64,000 nucleotides of DNA. Source: a bacterium (lineage in GTDB: Bacteria; Electryoneota; JAOADG01). Below, piece after piece: positions 1 to 9,859 of this stretch (positions within the stretch are counted from its first letter, which is position 1; the number at the start of each line of letters is the position of its first letter). The position numbers were made by a program, and so were the translations under genes. Under the pieces are notes generated by a model, which saw only the letters and a program-made list of their open reading frames with translations, was not told where the DNA came from and searched no databases. The stretch spans positions 1,856,001-1,920,000 of the forward strand of contig OY820579.1 in the NCBI GenBank assembly GCA_963681965.1. The letters run 5' to 3'.

Positions 1-1
1 C

Positions 2-1777
2 CGAGTCAAGACTGAAGTTTCGGTCAGTTATGTCGACCACAATATGCTTCAATCCGGCTTTGAAAATGCCGATGACCATCAATTTCTGCAGGATATTGCT
101 GCCAAGTTCGGACTCTACTTTTCCAAACCCGGCAACGGCATTTGCCATCAAGTACATCTTGAACGTTTCGGACGTCCCGGTGGAACGCTGCTTGGCTCCG
201 ATAGCCATACTCCCACAAACGGTGGTATCGGAATGATGGCGATGGGTGCCGGTGGTCTTGATGTCGCACTCGCAATGGCGGGAGTACCCTTCCGTTTAAA
301 TATGCCGAAAGTTGTAAAAGTACATTTAGTTGGTCAACTTCGCCCATTCGTGAGCGCTAAAGACATTATTCTCGAAGTACTTCGTCGATTAACTGTAAAA
401 GGTGGTGTCGGCAAGGTCGTTGAATATGTGGGCGAAGGGGTCAAGTCGTTAGGGGTTCCGGAACGATCAACGATTACAAATATGGGAGCGGAATTAGGAG
501 CAACCTGTTCAATTTTCCCATCCGACGATGTTACACTCGATTTCCTACGTCGGCAGAAGCGTGAAAATATGTGGCGCGAACTCCTTCCTGATCCCGATGC
601 CACGTACGATGAGATGATCGAAATCGATCTGTCCACTCTTGATTGCTTGATTGCCTGCCCGCACATGCCGGACAATGTAAAAACTGTCCGCGAAGTCGCC
701 GGAAAATTAGCCGATCAAGTAGCCATCGGTAGTTGCACCAATAGTTCTTATCGCGATCTAATGACGGTATCGGAAATGCTGAAGGGCAAGTACGTACACA
801 ACCGCGTTAGTGCTGCACTGTTCCCGGGTTCGCGTCAACTTCTCAATCAAATCGTTTTGAATGGCGCGATCGGTCCGATTGTTCAATCCGGATTCCGTAT
901 CATGGAAAGCGCTTGCGGCGCTTGTATCGGAATGGGTTTCGCACCGCCGTCGGGTGGTGTTACCGTTCGAACATTCAACCGCAATTTCGAAGGTCGTACT
1001 GGAACGAAGTTCTCATTTGCTTATCTTGCCAGTCCGGAAGTTGCGACTGCCACTGCGATTGCTGGCGAGATTACCGATCCACGCGATTTGAATTTCGGGA
1101 AAATCCAATTCGCATTTCCGGAAACGTTCTTTATCGACGATAGCAACATCGTTAAGCCGCTTCCGCAAGAAGCTGCCAGTTCGATTACTGTCCGCCGCGG
1201 TCCCAATATTCAACCGCTTCCAGTGAAGGATCAGATGCCGGTGAAACTATCCGGATCGGTTCTACTGAAAGTCGGCGACAATATTACCACCGATCATATT
1301 ATGCCAGCTGGTGCGAAAGTACTTCCGTTGCGATCGAATATTCCCAAGATCGCCGAATACGTATTTGAGATCGTCGATCCGACGTTCCCGAAGCGTGCCA
1401 AAGAAGCCGGCGGTGGTTTTATTGTTGGTGGCAATAACTACGGGCAGGGATCCAGCCGCGAACATGCAGCGTTAGCACCGATGTATTTGGGTGTGAAAGC
1501 TGTGTTGGTGAAAAATTTCGCTCGAATTCATTTAGCGAATTTAATCAATTTCGGCATCCTTCCGTTATTCTTTGCCAACGAAGCCGATTATGATCGTATC
1601 GAACAGGGCGACGCATTGGAAATCGATACCACGAAGCTAGCTCTTGATGCGCCGCTAACCGTCAAGAACGTTACCAAACAAGAAGCGTATGAAGTACGAC
1701 ATCCTTTGAAGGAACAACGGCAGATCGACGTATTGAAAGCCGGCGGGACGCTGAGTTACATCAAATCGCAGAAGTAA
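2..1777 (+). CDS. acn: Aconitate hydratase (short ~640-aa type), 5' end outside the window
   Basis: The frame is open from base 2 (RVKTEVSVSYVDHNM...). Motifs GICHQV, GSDSHT, IGSCTNS, CGACIG, ITTDHI and NYGQGSSREHAA are present. Adjacent to icd. Confidence 0.9.
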   Translation, partial: RVKTEVSVSYVDHNMLQSGFENADDHQFLQDIAAKFGLYFSKPGNGICHQVHLERFGRPGGTLLGSDSHTPTNGGIGMMAMGAGGLDVALAMAGVPFRLNMPKVVKVHLVGQLRPFVSAKDIILEVLRRLTVKGGVGKVVEYVGEGVKSLGVPERSTITNMGAELGATCSIFPSDDVTLDFLRRQKRENMWRELLPDPDATYDEMIEIDLSTLDCLIACPHMPDNVKTVREVAGKLADQVAIGSCTNSSYRDLMTVSEMLKGKYVHNRVSAALFPGSRQLLNQIVLNGAIGPIVQSGFRIMESACGACIGMGFAPPSGGVTVRTFNRNFEGRTGTKFSFAYLASPEVATATAIAGEITDPRDLNFGKIQFAFPETFFIDDSNIVKPLPQEAASSITVRRGPNIQPLPVKDQMPVKLSGSVLLKVGDNITTDHIMPAGAKVLPLRSNIPKIAEYVFEIVDPTFPKRAKEAGGGFIVGGNNYGQGSSREHAALAPMYLGVKAVLVKNFARIHLANLINFGILPLFFANEADYDRIEQGDALEIDTTKLALDAPLTVKNVTKQEAYEVRHPLKEQRQIDVLKAGGTLSYIKSQK

Positions 1778-1786
1778 AAAATTAGA

Positions 1787-1817
1787 TCGGGATGTAGAGG
1801 TTCAATCTACATCCCGA
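1787..1817 (+). terminator. Intrinsic terminator hairpin after aconitase
   Basis: TCGGGATGTAGA-ggttcaa-TCTACATCCCGA followed by ATTTT. Confidence 0.7.
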
Positions 1818-1915
1818 ATTTTCACAACTACGACTTCAGGAAAACGCCTGCGTCCAATTATTCAACTTTTTTACCGGCTCGATTGAGCCAATCGTTTACC
1901 ATTACAGAGGGAAGT

Positions 1916-3166
1916 ATGGCAACCTACGATAAAATCACACCGCCGAAGGGCGAATCAATCAAAGTCGTGGACGGCAACCTCGTCGTTCCTGACAATCCAA
2001 TCATTCCGTTTATCGCTGGCGACGGTACTGGACGCGATATCTGGAAAGCGTCAGTTCGAGTGTTCGATGCGGCTGTGGAAAAAGTATTTGGAAGCAGCAA
2101 GAAAATTTCTTGGTTCAAAGTATATGCCGGAGAAGAAGCTGTCGATTTTTACGGCAAAGATGTTTGGCTGCCGGACGATACACTTCGCGCAATTGAACAG
2201 TATTATGTCGCGATCAAAGGTCCGTTAACTACACCAGTCGGTGGTGGTATTCGATCGTTAAACGTTTCTTTGCGTCAATTATTGAATCTGTATGCCTGTG
2301 TGCGCCCGGTGCGCTGGTTTACCGGTGTTCCATCGCCGGTGAAACGTCCAGACTTACTGAATATCGTTTTGTTCCGTGAAAATACCGAAGATGTCTATTC
2401 CGGAATCGAATGGCAAAAAGGCTCGCCGGAAGTTCAGAAAGTGTGGGAATTTTTGACCCGGGAAATGGGTAAAAAGATTCGTCCCGATTCCGGTATCGGT
2501 ATTAAACCGATCAGCGAGACCGGTTCGAAACAACTCATTCGCAAAGCACTCAAGTATGCAATCGCGAAGAAATTGCCGTCGGTAACTTTGGTTCACAAAG
2601 GCAACATTATGAAGTATACGGAAGGTGCCTTCCGTGATTGGGGTTATGAACTCGCGCGACAAGAATTTGCCAGCAAGGTTATCACTGAAGACGATGTCTG
2701 GGCGAAATACGATGGTAAAACACCGGAAGGTATGGTAATGCTGAAAGACCGTATTGCCGATTCAATCTTCCAGCAGTTGCTGTTGCGTCCCGACGAATAC
2801 AGCGTACTTGCGACTCCAAACCTGAATGGCGATTACTTGTCCGATGCCGCAGCCGCTCAAGTTGGCGGTCTTGGATTGGCGCCGGGTGCGAACATTGGCG
2901 ATTTCCACGGTTTGTTCGAAGCGACTCACGGTACTGCTCCGAAATATGCCGATAAAGATATGATTAATCCCGGCGCTGTCATCCTAGCTGGTGTCATGAT
3001 GTTTGAGCACCTCGGATGGGATCAAGTTGCCAAGAGCATCATCATCGGTATCGAACGAGCCATCGAACAAAAGACCGTTACTTACGATCTAGCACGTCAG
3101 ATGGAAGGTGCCACCAAGGTTGGTACTGCGGCATTTGGCGATGCCATTATTAAGAATTTAGGGTAA
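1916..3166 (+). CDS. icd: NADP-dependent isocitrate dehydrogenase (E. coli-type dimeric)
   Basis: [43 protein letters not shown] and [12 protein letters not shown] motifs. ATG at 1916 follows AGAGGGAAG. Confidence 0.95.
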   Translation: MATYDKITPPKGESIKVVDGNLVVPDNPIIPFIAGDGTGRDIWKASVRVFDAAVEKVFGSSKKISWFKVYAGEEAVDFYGKDVWLPDDTLRAIEQYYVAIKGPLTTPVGGGIRSLNVSLRQLLNLYACVRPVRWFTGVPSPVKRPDLLNIVLFRENTEDVYSGIEWQKGSPEVQKVWEFLTREMGKKIRPDSGIGIKPISETGSKQLIRKALKYAIAKKLPSVTLVHKGNIMKYTEGAFRDWGYELARQEFASKVITEDDVWAKYDGKTPEGMVMLKDRIADSIFQQLLLRPDEYSVLATPNLNGDYLSDAAAAQVGGLGLAPGANIGDFHGLFEATHGTAPKYADKDMINPGAVILAGVMMFEHLGWDQVAKSIIIGIERAIEQKTVTYDLARQMEGATKVGTAAFGDAIIKNLG

Positions 3167-3207
3167 TTCTTTAATTCCTGGCTTATTAGATCAGTTTTTT
3201 CTGGATT

Positions 3208-3237
3208 CGAAAAGGGCGTAGCGATACGCCCTTTTCG
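3208..3237 (+). terminator. Bidirectional-type terminator after icd
   Basis: CGAAAAGGGCGTA-gcga-TACGCCCTTTTCG perfect stem. Confidence 0.8.
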
Positions 3238-4034
3238 TTAATAGAATATTTATATTAAACAAACTGATATATATTATAGTTAATAGTATGTGTGAATATT
3301 GTATTTATACTCAATAAATATACTTATTAAACGAAAGAAATGAGATTAAATGCTGTCGACAATTATTGAGCTAAGATTAGGTGCAAGTCCAGAGATGAAT
3401 CGAAAAGTTAATAAGTAGATCAGAAACTTTACGTTGAAGTAATTTTCGAATTGCATCCTCAACAATGATAAACTCTAGGAGAACTCATTCTTCTCTGACT
3501 CGAAACGTAACAATCGTCAGAAAATTGGATCGGATGTTGTCCAATTTTGTGAATCCCAATTGATATCAGGTCGCAAATCTGGATACCTCATCTTTCGAAT
3601 CGATTTGAATCGTTCCCATTGCGCGATTCTCTTGACATTTTCGATAGTTTGGTTTGGTGCAACGAATCATCGAATAAACACCTCTAACTCTCGCCTCTAG
3701 TGTTGCAAGAGCCGTATTTAGACATTATCTTGAACCCACAAGACACCAAGTAGTTCCCGGCTTTTCCGGCACGGTTTACGAAGTTCCAAATCCTCGCTAA
3801 CGATTAATTTAACTTTACTCTAGCGAGTGGTTACTCACCGGAATTTAGATGAGACTTGATATCCGTTTTACGATTGTTGTTTCGATTTATTCCGAAGTAG
3901 ACATCTTACTTCGGTTAGACGATTTGTCCATTCGGTGACCGAACGAAGTTCGCGCATGTTTGTGTGCTTTTAGATCTTTTTTATCAACCGGTTCCTGTGA
4001 CGCAAACCCACGAAATATTGGAGACGGGGTGGCG

Positions 4035-7000
4035 ATGAGAAGTTCAAAAATTATAGTCATTGTTCTGCTATCGTTGCTAGTGAGCGGATTAGCATTTGGT
4101 GCAACTTCGGGTAAAATCACCGGAAAGGTGATGCTTGACGACACCAAAGAAGGCGCGATTTCCGCATCGGTACTGATTCTCGAATTGAAGACCGGTGCGA
4201 AAACTGACTTTGAGGGAAATTACACCATCCTGAACATTCCCCCGGGAACGTATACATTGCGGTTCTCTTATGTCGGGTATGCTTCCGTCAAAGTCAATAA
4301 CGTGATCGTTACTTCGGGTGTCACATTTACTCAAAATGCGACATTGAAACCGGAAGCGCTTCAACGCGAAGAAATCGTCGTTAAAGCCGACCCGCCAAAA
4401 GTACAATTGGACGTGACCGGTGGCGATAAGACAATCCGTAAACAGGATATGGAGCGTACTTCGGCTAACAGTGTGCAGGATATTATCGCGAAAAAAGCCG
4501 GTGTCAAAGTTGATCATGAAGGCGCGCTTCACGTTCGCGGTGGTCGAAGAGGCGAAGTCGCAATGCTGCTCGATGGAATCGATATCCGCGATCCGCTTGT
4601 GGGAAGGATTAACGATAATGTTAACCTCGACGCCGACGCCATCAGCGAAATTAACTTTTTAACAGACGGTTTTTCGCCGGAATATGGTCAAGCCCTTTCT
4701 GGCATTGCCAACGCCAGTTTCCGCGAAGGCGATCCGGAAAAATATACGGCCAAGGCTGAATACACTTCCGATCAATTCAACAAAAAGTCGTCGTTTGGAC
4801 AGGATCGCATCACACTCTTCGTGAGTGGACCAATCCCCGGTACCCGAAAAGCGCTCAAGAACCCAATCACTTTCATGGTTCAAGCAACTTCAAGCCAAAC
4901 GAACACTTATCTATCCTACGGGATTCACCGTGAACCCAACGATTATCTTGGAATCGGAATCAAATTACCAGAAAAACAATATAATAACTACGATCTAACC
5001 TCGAAGTTTGCTTATCAATTTCCACCGGATAAATCGGGTGGCGCGAAAAAGATCACTCTTACTTACACCGGGTCATTTTCGCAGTGGGATCTCTATCCCA
5101 ATGGTGAAGCGAATGTAAGCGGCGATTACGGATATCGCTACAAATTCAATACCGAAAATCGCCCATGGGCAAGAAGTAACCGAAATTCGGTTAACGTTCA
5201 ATTCACGAACAACTTATCATCCAAGACGAATTACACTGTCAGTTTTACCTTCCAGAATTCACGCACATTGGTGCAACCGCGAAACAAAACGCCGGGTGAA
5301 TTTACGCTCCGCTCGCAAGTGGAAGATTACGAAGCCAATGGTCAGGATTTGAACGGTGACGGTTACCCCGATGGATTCGTCGATGCCAATGGCGACGGTA
5401 TTTATTCCGGTGGTGGACACGGATACGACGACGTGAATAAAAATGGCAAGTGGGATCGTGGCGAAGACTGGGTTGACCTAAATAGTAATGGTGTTTACGA
5501 TGCCTCAGAAACATTCACCGACCTCAACAGCAATGGTGTTTGGGATGTTGGTGAACCGTTCGTCGATCTGAATGGTAACGCCCGTTGGGATCCCGCAGAA
5601 CCCCAACTTCCGGAACAGGACTGGAATCACAATGGTCACTGGGATGGTGAACGATTTCAGGATGCCGACAAAGATAAGAAATTTACCGGTTGGAACTGGG
5701 TCGACAAGAACGGCAACGGTAAAATGGACGATGGCGAGCAACTCTGGGGCAACTCAGGTGAACGATTGGACGGCGACGGATACGACGATACGAATAACGA
5801 CGGTAAATGCAATAAGAAGGAACTCTTCGCTACCAGTCAAGATACACCCGAACCGTACATTGATGGCGATTACTTCTACGATACCGGTGAACCATTTATC
5901 GATCAACCCGATCCAGTCACTGGTGAATACAATGGAACTCGGGATGATAATGAATATTGGGTAGACTTACCTTCGACTAATGTTGGCTTCGGGATGATCG
6001 TAGACACATCTTCGCATTCCCTTCGCGAACCGACGCTTAACGGTAAGTACGACGATCCCGATGGTCAACCGGATGAATACGAACTTTTCTGCTACCCCGC
6101 GACGCCTTCACAATTGCGTGCCGACCCGACCCGCCCGGTAATCTATACCGGTCGATGGGATGGCGATGTTGCCAATTGGCCGCGCAAGAACGGACGACTT
6201 TTCCCCTATTATTTTGTCGATCGTTCCAACTCTGGAATTGCAAGCGATACTTTGCGTTCAACTTGGATCAAGCGAACGACAACTAATCTCGATCCAAAAA
6301 TCTTCAATCCACCTACCGGATCATACGTAGCTGGCGATCCGTTCACCGATTACAACAAGAATGGTGTCTGGAATGGTCGCGACTTGTTCTTAAATCCGGG
6401 ACAGTGGGATGAAAGCGCGATTTGGCAAGATCGTAAATCGGTCGAATATTCTTTGAAAACTACGTGGCAGTCGCAAATCAAGCATCACGAGTTAAAGGCT
6501 GGTGTCGAAGCCAAGTACCGCGACTTGCAGATGCAGTCGATTAGCAGCCCCGATATGGCTTACACTGGTGAAGTTCCGCTTCCGGCAGGTAGTCCCTGGC
6601 CGGATCGTGGTAACACCCGTGACTTCTATCATTACAAACCGATCGAAGGCGCATTCTATTTCAACGATAAGATGGAATTTGAAGGATTGATCGTTAACGC
6701 CGGTATTCGTAACGACTTCTTGATTACCGACCCCGAGTTGCGACAACAAACCAAAGACGCAGTATCTGCCGGTGTTCCGGGAGCTATTGTGGCACAACCC
6801 GGGAAAGCGATTTTCAGTCCGCGTCTCGGTATATCGCACCCGATTACTAAGACCTCGAAGTTATTCTTCAATTACGGTCACTTCTATCAGCGACCCGACT
6901 TCACGAATTTCTTCAAGTCGACCACGTCCAATGTGGCGTCGGGTTCGGTTGTCGGTAATCCCAATTTGGATTACACCAAGACCGTTCAATATGCATTGGG

Positions 7001-7820
7001 TGTCCAGACCGAACTTCCGAACGGTAGTTCGTTCATGATCCAAGGTTACTATAAGGACTATTTCAATCTTATCGGTACCCAAACCGAAAAATACGGTCCG
7101 TTGACGATCGACCGATATGCCAACAAGGCGTATGGTCGTGCTCGTGGCTTTGAAATCGAGCTGGATCATACCATTGAGAATATCGCGCGGGAAGGTGATT
7201 TGCGATTGAATTCCTCCTACGACTTCTCATACACTGCCGGTAAGAGTTCGACCCAAGATGCCGATGCTTTGAACCGACTGAATGGTGTTCCGGCAAATAC
7301 CGAAGAATATCCCTTGGATTGGGATGAACGACATCGTGTGAACGCTAGTTTCGGTTTGCAATTCGCGGAAGGGCGATACCCGTACATTGCAGATTTCAAA
7401 ATTCCGGTAGACGATTGGTTTATGTCGATGGAATTCCAATATGGATCGGGTACTCCTTATACTCCGTCAAAGTACACTACGGGTCTCGATCCTAATTTGA
7501 TCACCGCCAACAGCGCGCGATATCCGTGGACGGAAAATACCAACATGAGAATTGAGAAGTATTTCCGCATGGGTGCAAAATCGGTATCAAACAACCGTTC
7601 CAACAGGGTTATTTTCAGTGTCGGTTTGGATATCAATAACGTGTGGAACCGTCGAAATATACAGGGACTCTATTCGGAAACCGGTAACCCCTATCAGGCA
7701 ATCCACCCCGATGATCCCAATTACAATCCGTTTGATGCTCGGCAGGATTATGACGCAAATCCTCGCAATTTCTCGGCACCACGTCAGATTCTATTCCGCT
7801 TCGGTGTGTCGTGGGAATAA
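4035..7820 (+). CDS. TonB-dependent receptor with carboxypeptidase-regulatory-like N-domain and large acidic DxNxNG-repeat insertion
   Basis: Signal peptide, GKITGKV...PPGTYTLRFSYVGY domain, plug motif HVRGGR...DGI, barrel motifs SPRLGISHPI/FFNYGHFYQ/GNPNL, and a C-terminal PRQILFRFGVSW strand. Confidence 0.85.
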   Translation: MRSSKIIVIVLLSLLVSGLAFGATSGKITGKVMLDDTKEGAISASVLILELKTGAKTDFEGNYTILNIPPGTYTLRFSYVGYASVKVNNVIVTSGVTFTQNATLKPEALQREEIVVKADPPKVQLDVTGGDKTIRKQDMERTSANSVQDIIAKKAGVKVDHEGALHVRGGRRGEVAMLLDGIDIRDPLVGRINDNVNLDADAISEINFLTDGFSPEYGQALSGIANASFREGDPEKYTAKAEYTSDQFNKKSSFGQDRITLFVSGPIPGTRKALKNPITFMVQATSSQTNTYLSYGIHREPNDYLGIGIKLPEKQYNNYDLTSKFAYQFPPDKSGGAKKITLTYTGSFSQWDLYPNGEANVSGDYGYRYKFNTENRPWARSNRNSVNVQFTNNLSSKTNYTVSFTFQNSRTLVQPRNKTPGEFTLRSQVEDYEANGQDLNGDGYPDGFVDANGDGIYSGGGHGYDDVNKNGKWDRGEDWVDLNSNGVYDASETFTDLNSNGVWDVGEPFVDLNGNARWDPAEPQLPEQDWNHNGHWDGERFQDADKDKKFTGWNWVDKNGNGKMDDGEQLWGNSGERLDGDGYDDTNNDGKCNKKELFATSQDTPEPYIDGDYFYDTGEPFIDQPDPVTGEYNGTRDDNEYWVDLPSTNVGFGMIVDTSSHSLREPTLNGKYDDPDGQPDEYELFCYPATPSQLRADPTRPVIYTGRWDGDVANWPRKNGRLFPYYFVDRSNSGIASDTLRSTWIKRTTTNLDPKIFNPPTGSYVAGDPFTDYNKNGVWNGRDLFLNPGQWDESAIWQDRKSVEYSLKTTWQSQIKHHELKAGVEAKYRDLQMQSISSPDMAYTGEVPLPAGSPWPDRGNTRDFYHYKPIEGAFYFNDKMEFEGLIVNAGIRNDFLITDPELRQQTKDAVSAGVPGAIVAQPGKAIFSPRLGISHPITKTSKLFFNYGHFYQRPDFTNFFKSTTSNVASGSVVGNPNLDYTKTVQYALGVQTELPNGSSFMIQGYYKDYFNLIGTQTEKYGPLTIDRYANKAYGRARGFEIELDHTIENIAREGDLRLNSSYDFSYTAGKSSTQDADALNRLNGVPANTEEYPLDWDERHRVNASFGLQFAEGRYPYIADFKIPVDDWFMSMEFQYGSGTPYTPSKYTTGLDPNLITANSARYPWTENTNMRIEKYFRMGAKSVSNNRSNRVIFSVGLDINNVWNRRNIQGLYSETGNPYQAIHPDDPNYNPFDARQDYDANPRNFSAPRQILFRFGVSWE

Positions 7821-7837
7821 GGGAGAGGAGTAACCGC

Positions 7838-9835
7838 ATGAAAAAATCGATAGGTATCGCGATTCTCATCGCTCTGCTCGCGATCGGAACCGGATGTAAG
7901 AAAGACGACGACAATAATACCAACAGCGGAAACGTGATTTCCGGGCAATTTTCCGGAAATCAGTCGGGTACATTTATCGTTACGGATGACATCGAAGTTC
8001 CTGCTGGACAAACTTTGACGCTCGCGCCGGGCACGGTGTTGATGTTTCAGGATTCGGTGAAGATGCTTGTCCGTGGACGGTTAATCGCCGAAGCCGATTC
8101 CGTACACATGATTCGCTTCACCTCTGCGAAACCTGTACCATCCTCTGGCGATTGGGGTGGAATCATTTTCTATCCAAACAGCAGCGCCAATTATTCATCG
8201 ATGAAGTTCTGCTTTATTGGATATGGCAATCGGTTCAACAATGCCTACGAGCAAGATACATCGGCAATTTATAACAAGACGCCTGGCGCTGTCTTCAAAG
8301 GAATGGTTTCAATTTACGGTGCAACCGTTAAATTGGAGCGTTGCCAGCTTTTCAAAGCTGGGTGGGAAGGTATCGAAGTCCAAGGTGGTGGATCCGCAGA
8401 AGTCAATTTCTGCAATCTCTTTAAGACTTCGAACTGCGGTATGAGTATCCGTATCGGTGGTACGATTGATGTAAACAACACCAATGTCATCAGTAGTCTA
8501 GACGTTGGTTTGGTCGTTCACGATACCGTCGACATTCACGGCAATCAAATATCTTGCGGCTCTTACACCGGTGGCTACAATAATATTTGGTCGAATCGTT
8601 CCGGAGATTATAAACGAAAACCGACCGGAATATTAACTCCGTTAGCGAACGATATTAGCGAAGATCCGCAGTTTATCAATCCCGACAATTTTAATTTCAA
8701 TCTGAAGCCGAGTTCTCCAATCATCGATATGGGCAATCCATCATCCAAGTGGGACCAAGATACCCCATCGGATAGTTCACGCCCCGATATCGGTGTATTC
8801 TTTTTCCAGAAATCGCCAACGAAATTATTCGGTCCATTGAATCGTCATTTAACGAAAAACGTGTACCGTGTCATCGCCGATTGTTGGGTTCCGGCGGATA
8901 GCACCTTGATTATCGATCCAGGGTGCGTTATCAAGTTCGATAGTCTTTACGGAATTCATGTTCAAGGTACTCTTACTGCAATCGGTACTGCTTCCGATTC
9001 GATCGTGTTCACTTCGAATCGCGATAATCCAGCGGCTGGCGATTGGAAAAATATCTACTTTGATGGATTGACTTCGCACCGTAGTCAAATGCAATACGCG
9101 AAAGTAAAATTCGCAAGTTGGTATCTCCCCGCGCAAACAGCAGGAGCCGGTGCAATTGCATTGAATGGTGTATCCGTCAAATTGAACGACATCACAATTC
9201 AAGATTGTTTCAACAATGGTCTCGATTTAATCAATGGGTGCGGCGATACCATTTCCAATGTTACGATCGAACGATTTGGGTTGTATGGTATTTCGTGCAA
9301 TCTGAATATTAATACCGTCTTTAGACATGTTAAAATTCGCAATGGATTGGGTACCGGTATTAACATCGTCTCGAATTCCAATCCTAATTTGAACAACGTT
9401 CTGATCGCAGACAATGGTGGTAGCGGAATCGTAATGAGTCAGTTAAGCGCACCAATCATGACTAATCTTACGATTGCAAACAATCACTACGACGGTATCA
9501 CAGTTAGAACCAATTCTTCGCCACGGATGACAAATTCGATCGTCGCGTTGAATTATCGGTATGGCATCAATTTGCGGGAATCTTCGCAATTGAATTCCGA
9601 TACTTCGAATTTTTTCTGGTATCAGGGAAGTGTCGACCGCAGTTTCTGGCGCGACGATAGCTCGGGAAGAGCGAATCTGTTTGTGATCCTGCAAAGTGGA
9701 AGAACGGAGTATGTGGCGATTGATCCGACTCGGGTAGTCAATCCGATGTTCGATGAAACTTCCGGAGATAAGTATCGATTGATGAGTGGTTCTCCGGCAG
9801 CTGGTCACGGTGCATTCGCCGGTTGGGACAAGTAG
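7838..9835 (+). CDS. Lipoprotein with two right-handed parallel beta-helix (pectate-lyase-like/PbH1) modules
   Basis: Lipobox GTGC. The module GxLxAxG...IxFTS...GDW occurs twice, with Asn-ladder repeats and DPQF...SPIIDMG...DIG. RBS GAGGAG. Confidence 0.75.
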   Translation: MKKSIGIAILIALLAIGTGCKKDDDNNTNSGNVISGQFSGNQSGTFIVTDDIEVPAGQTLTLAPGTVLMFQDSVKMLVRGRLIAEADSVHMIRFTSAKPVPSSGDWGGIIFYPNSSANYSSMKFCFIGYGNRFNNAYEQDTSAIYNKTPGAVFKGMVSIYGATVKLERCQLFKAGWEGIEVQGGGSAEVNFCNLFKTSNCGMSIRIGGTIDVNNTNVISSLDVGLVVHDTVDIHGNQISCGSYTGGYNNIWSNRSGDYKRKPTGILTPLANDISEDPQFINPDNFNFNLKPSSPIIDMGNPSSKWDQDTPSDSSRPDIGVFFFQKSPTKLFGPLNRHLTKNVYRVIADCWVPADSTLIIDPGCVIKFDSLYGIHVQGTLTAIGTASDSIVFTSNRDNPAAGDWKNIYFDGLTSHRSQMQYAKVKFASWYLPAQTAGAGAIALNGVSVKLNDITIQDCFNNGLDLINGCGDTISNVTIERFGLYGISCNLNINTVFRHVKIRNGLGTGINIVSNSNPNLNNVLIADNGGSGIVMSQLSAPIMTNLTIANNHYDGITVRTNSSPRMTNSIVALNYRYGINLRESSQLNSDTSNFFWYQGSVDRSFWRDDSSGRANLFVILQSGRTEYVAIDPTRVVNPMFDETSGDKYRLMSGSPAAGHGAFAGWDK

Positions 9836-9859
9836 ATTAACGTCGAAAGGGTTGTTTGA

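Noticed and set aside
3370-4034. Cobalamin or c-di-GMP riboswitch upstream of the TBDR (GGTGCAAGTCC near 3381, GACGCAAA near 3999)
   Set aside because: Only isolated words match. The other conserved elements (AGGGAA, GCCCC-GC-ACTGT, GAAA tetraloop stem) were not found.
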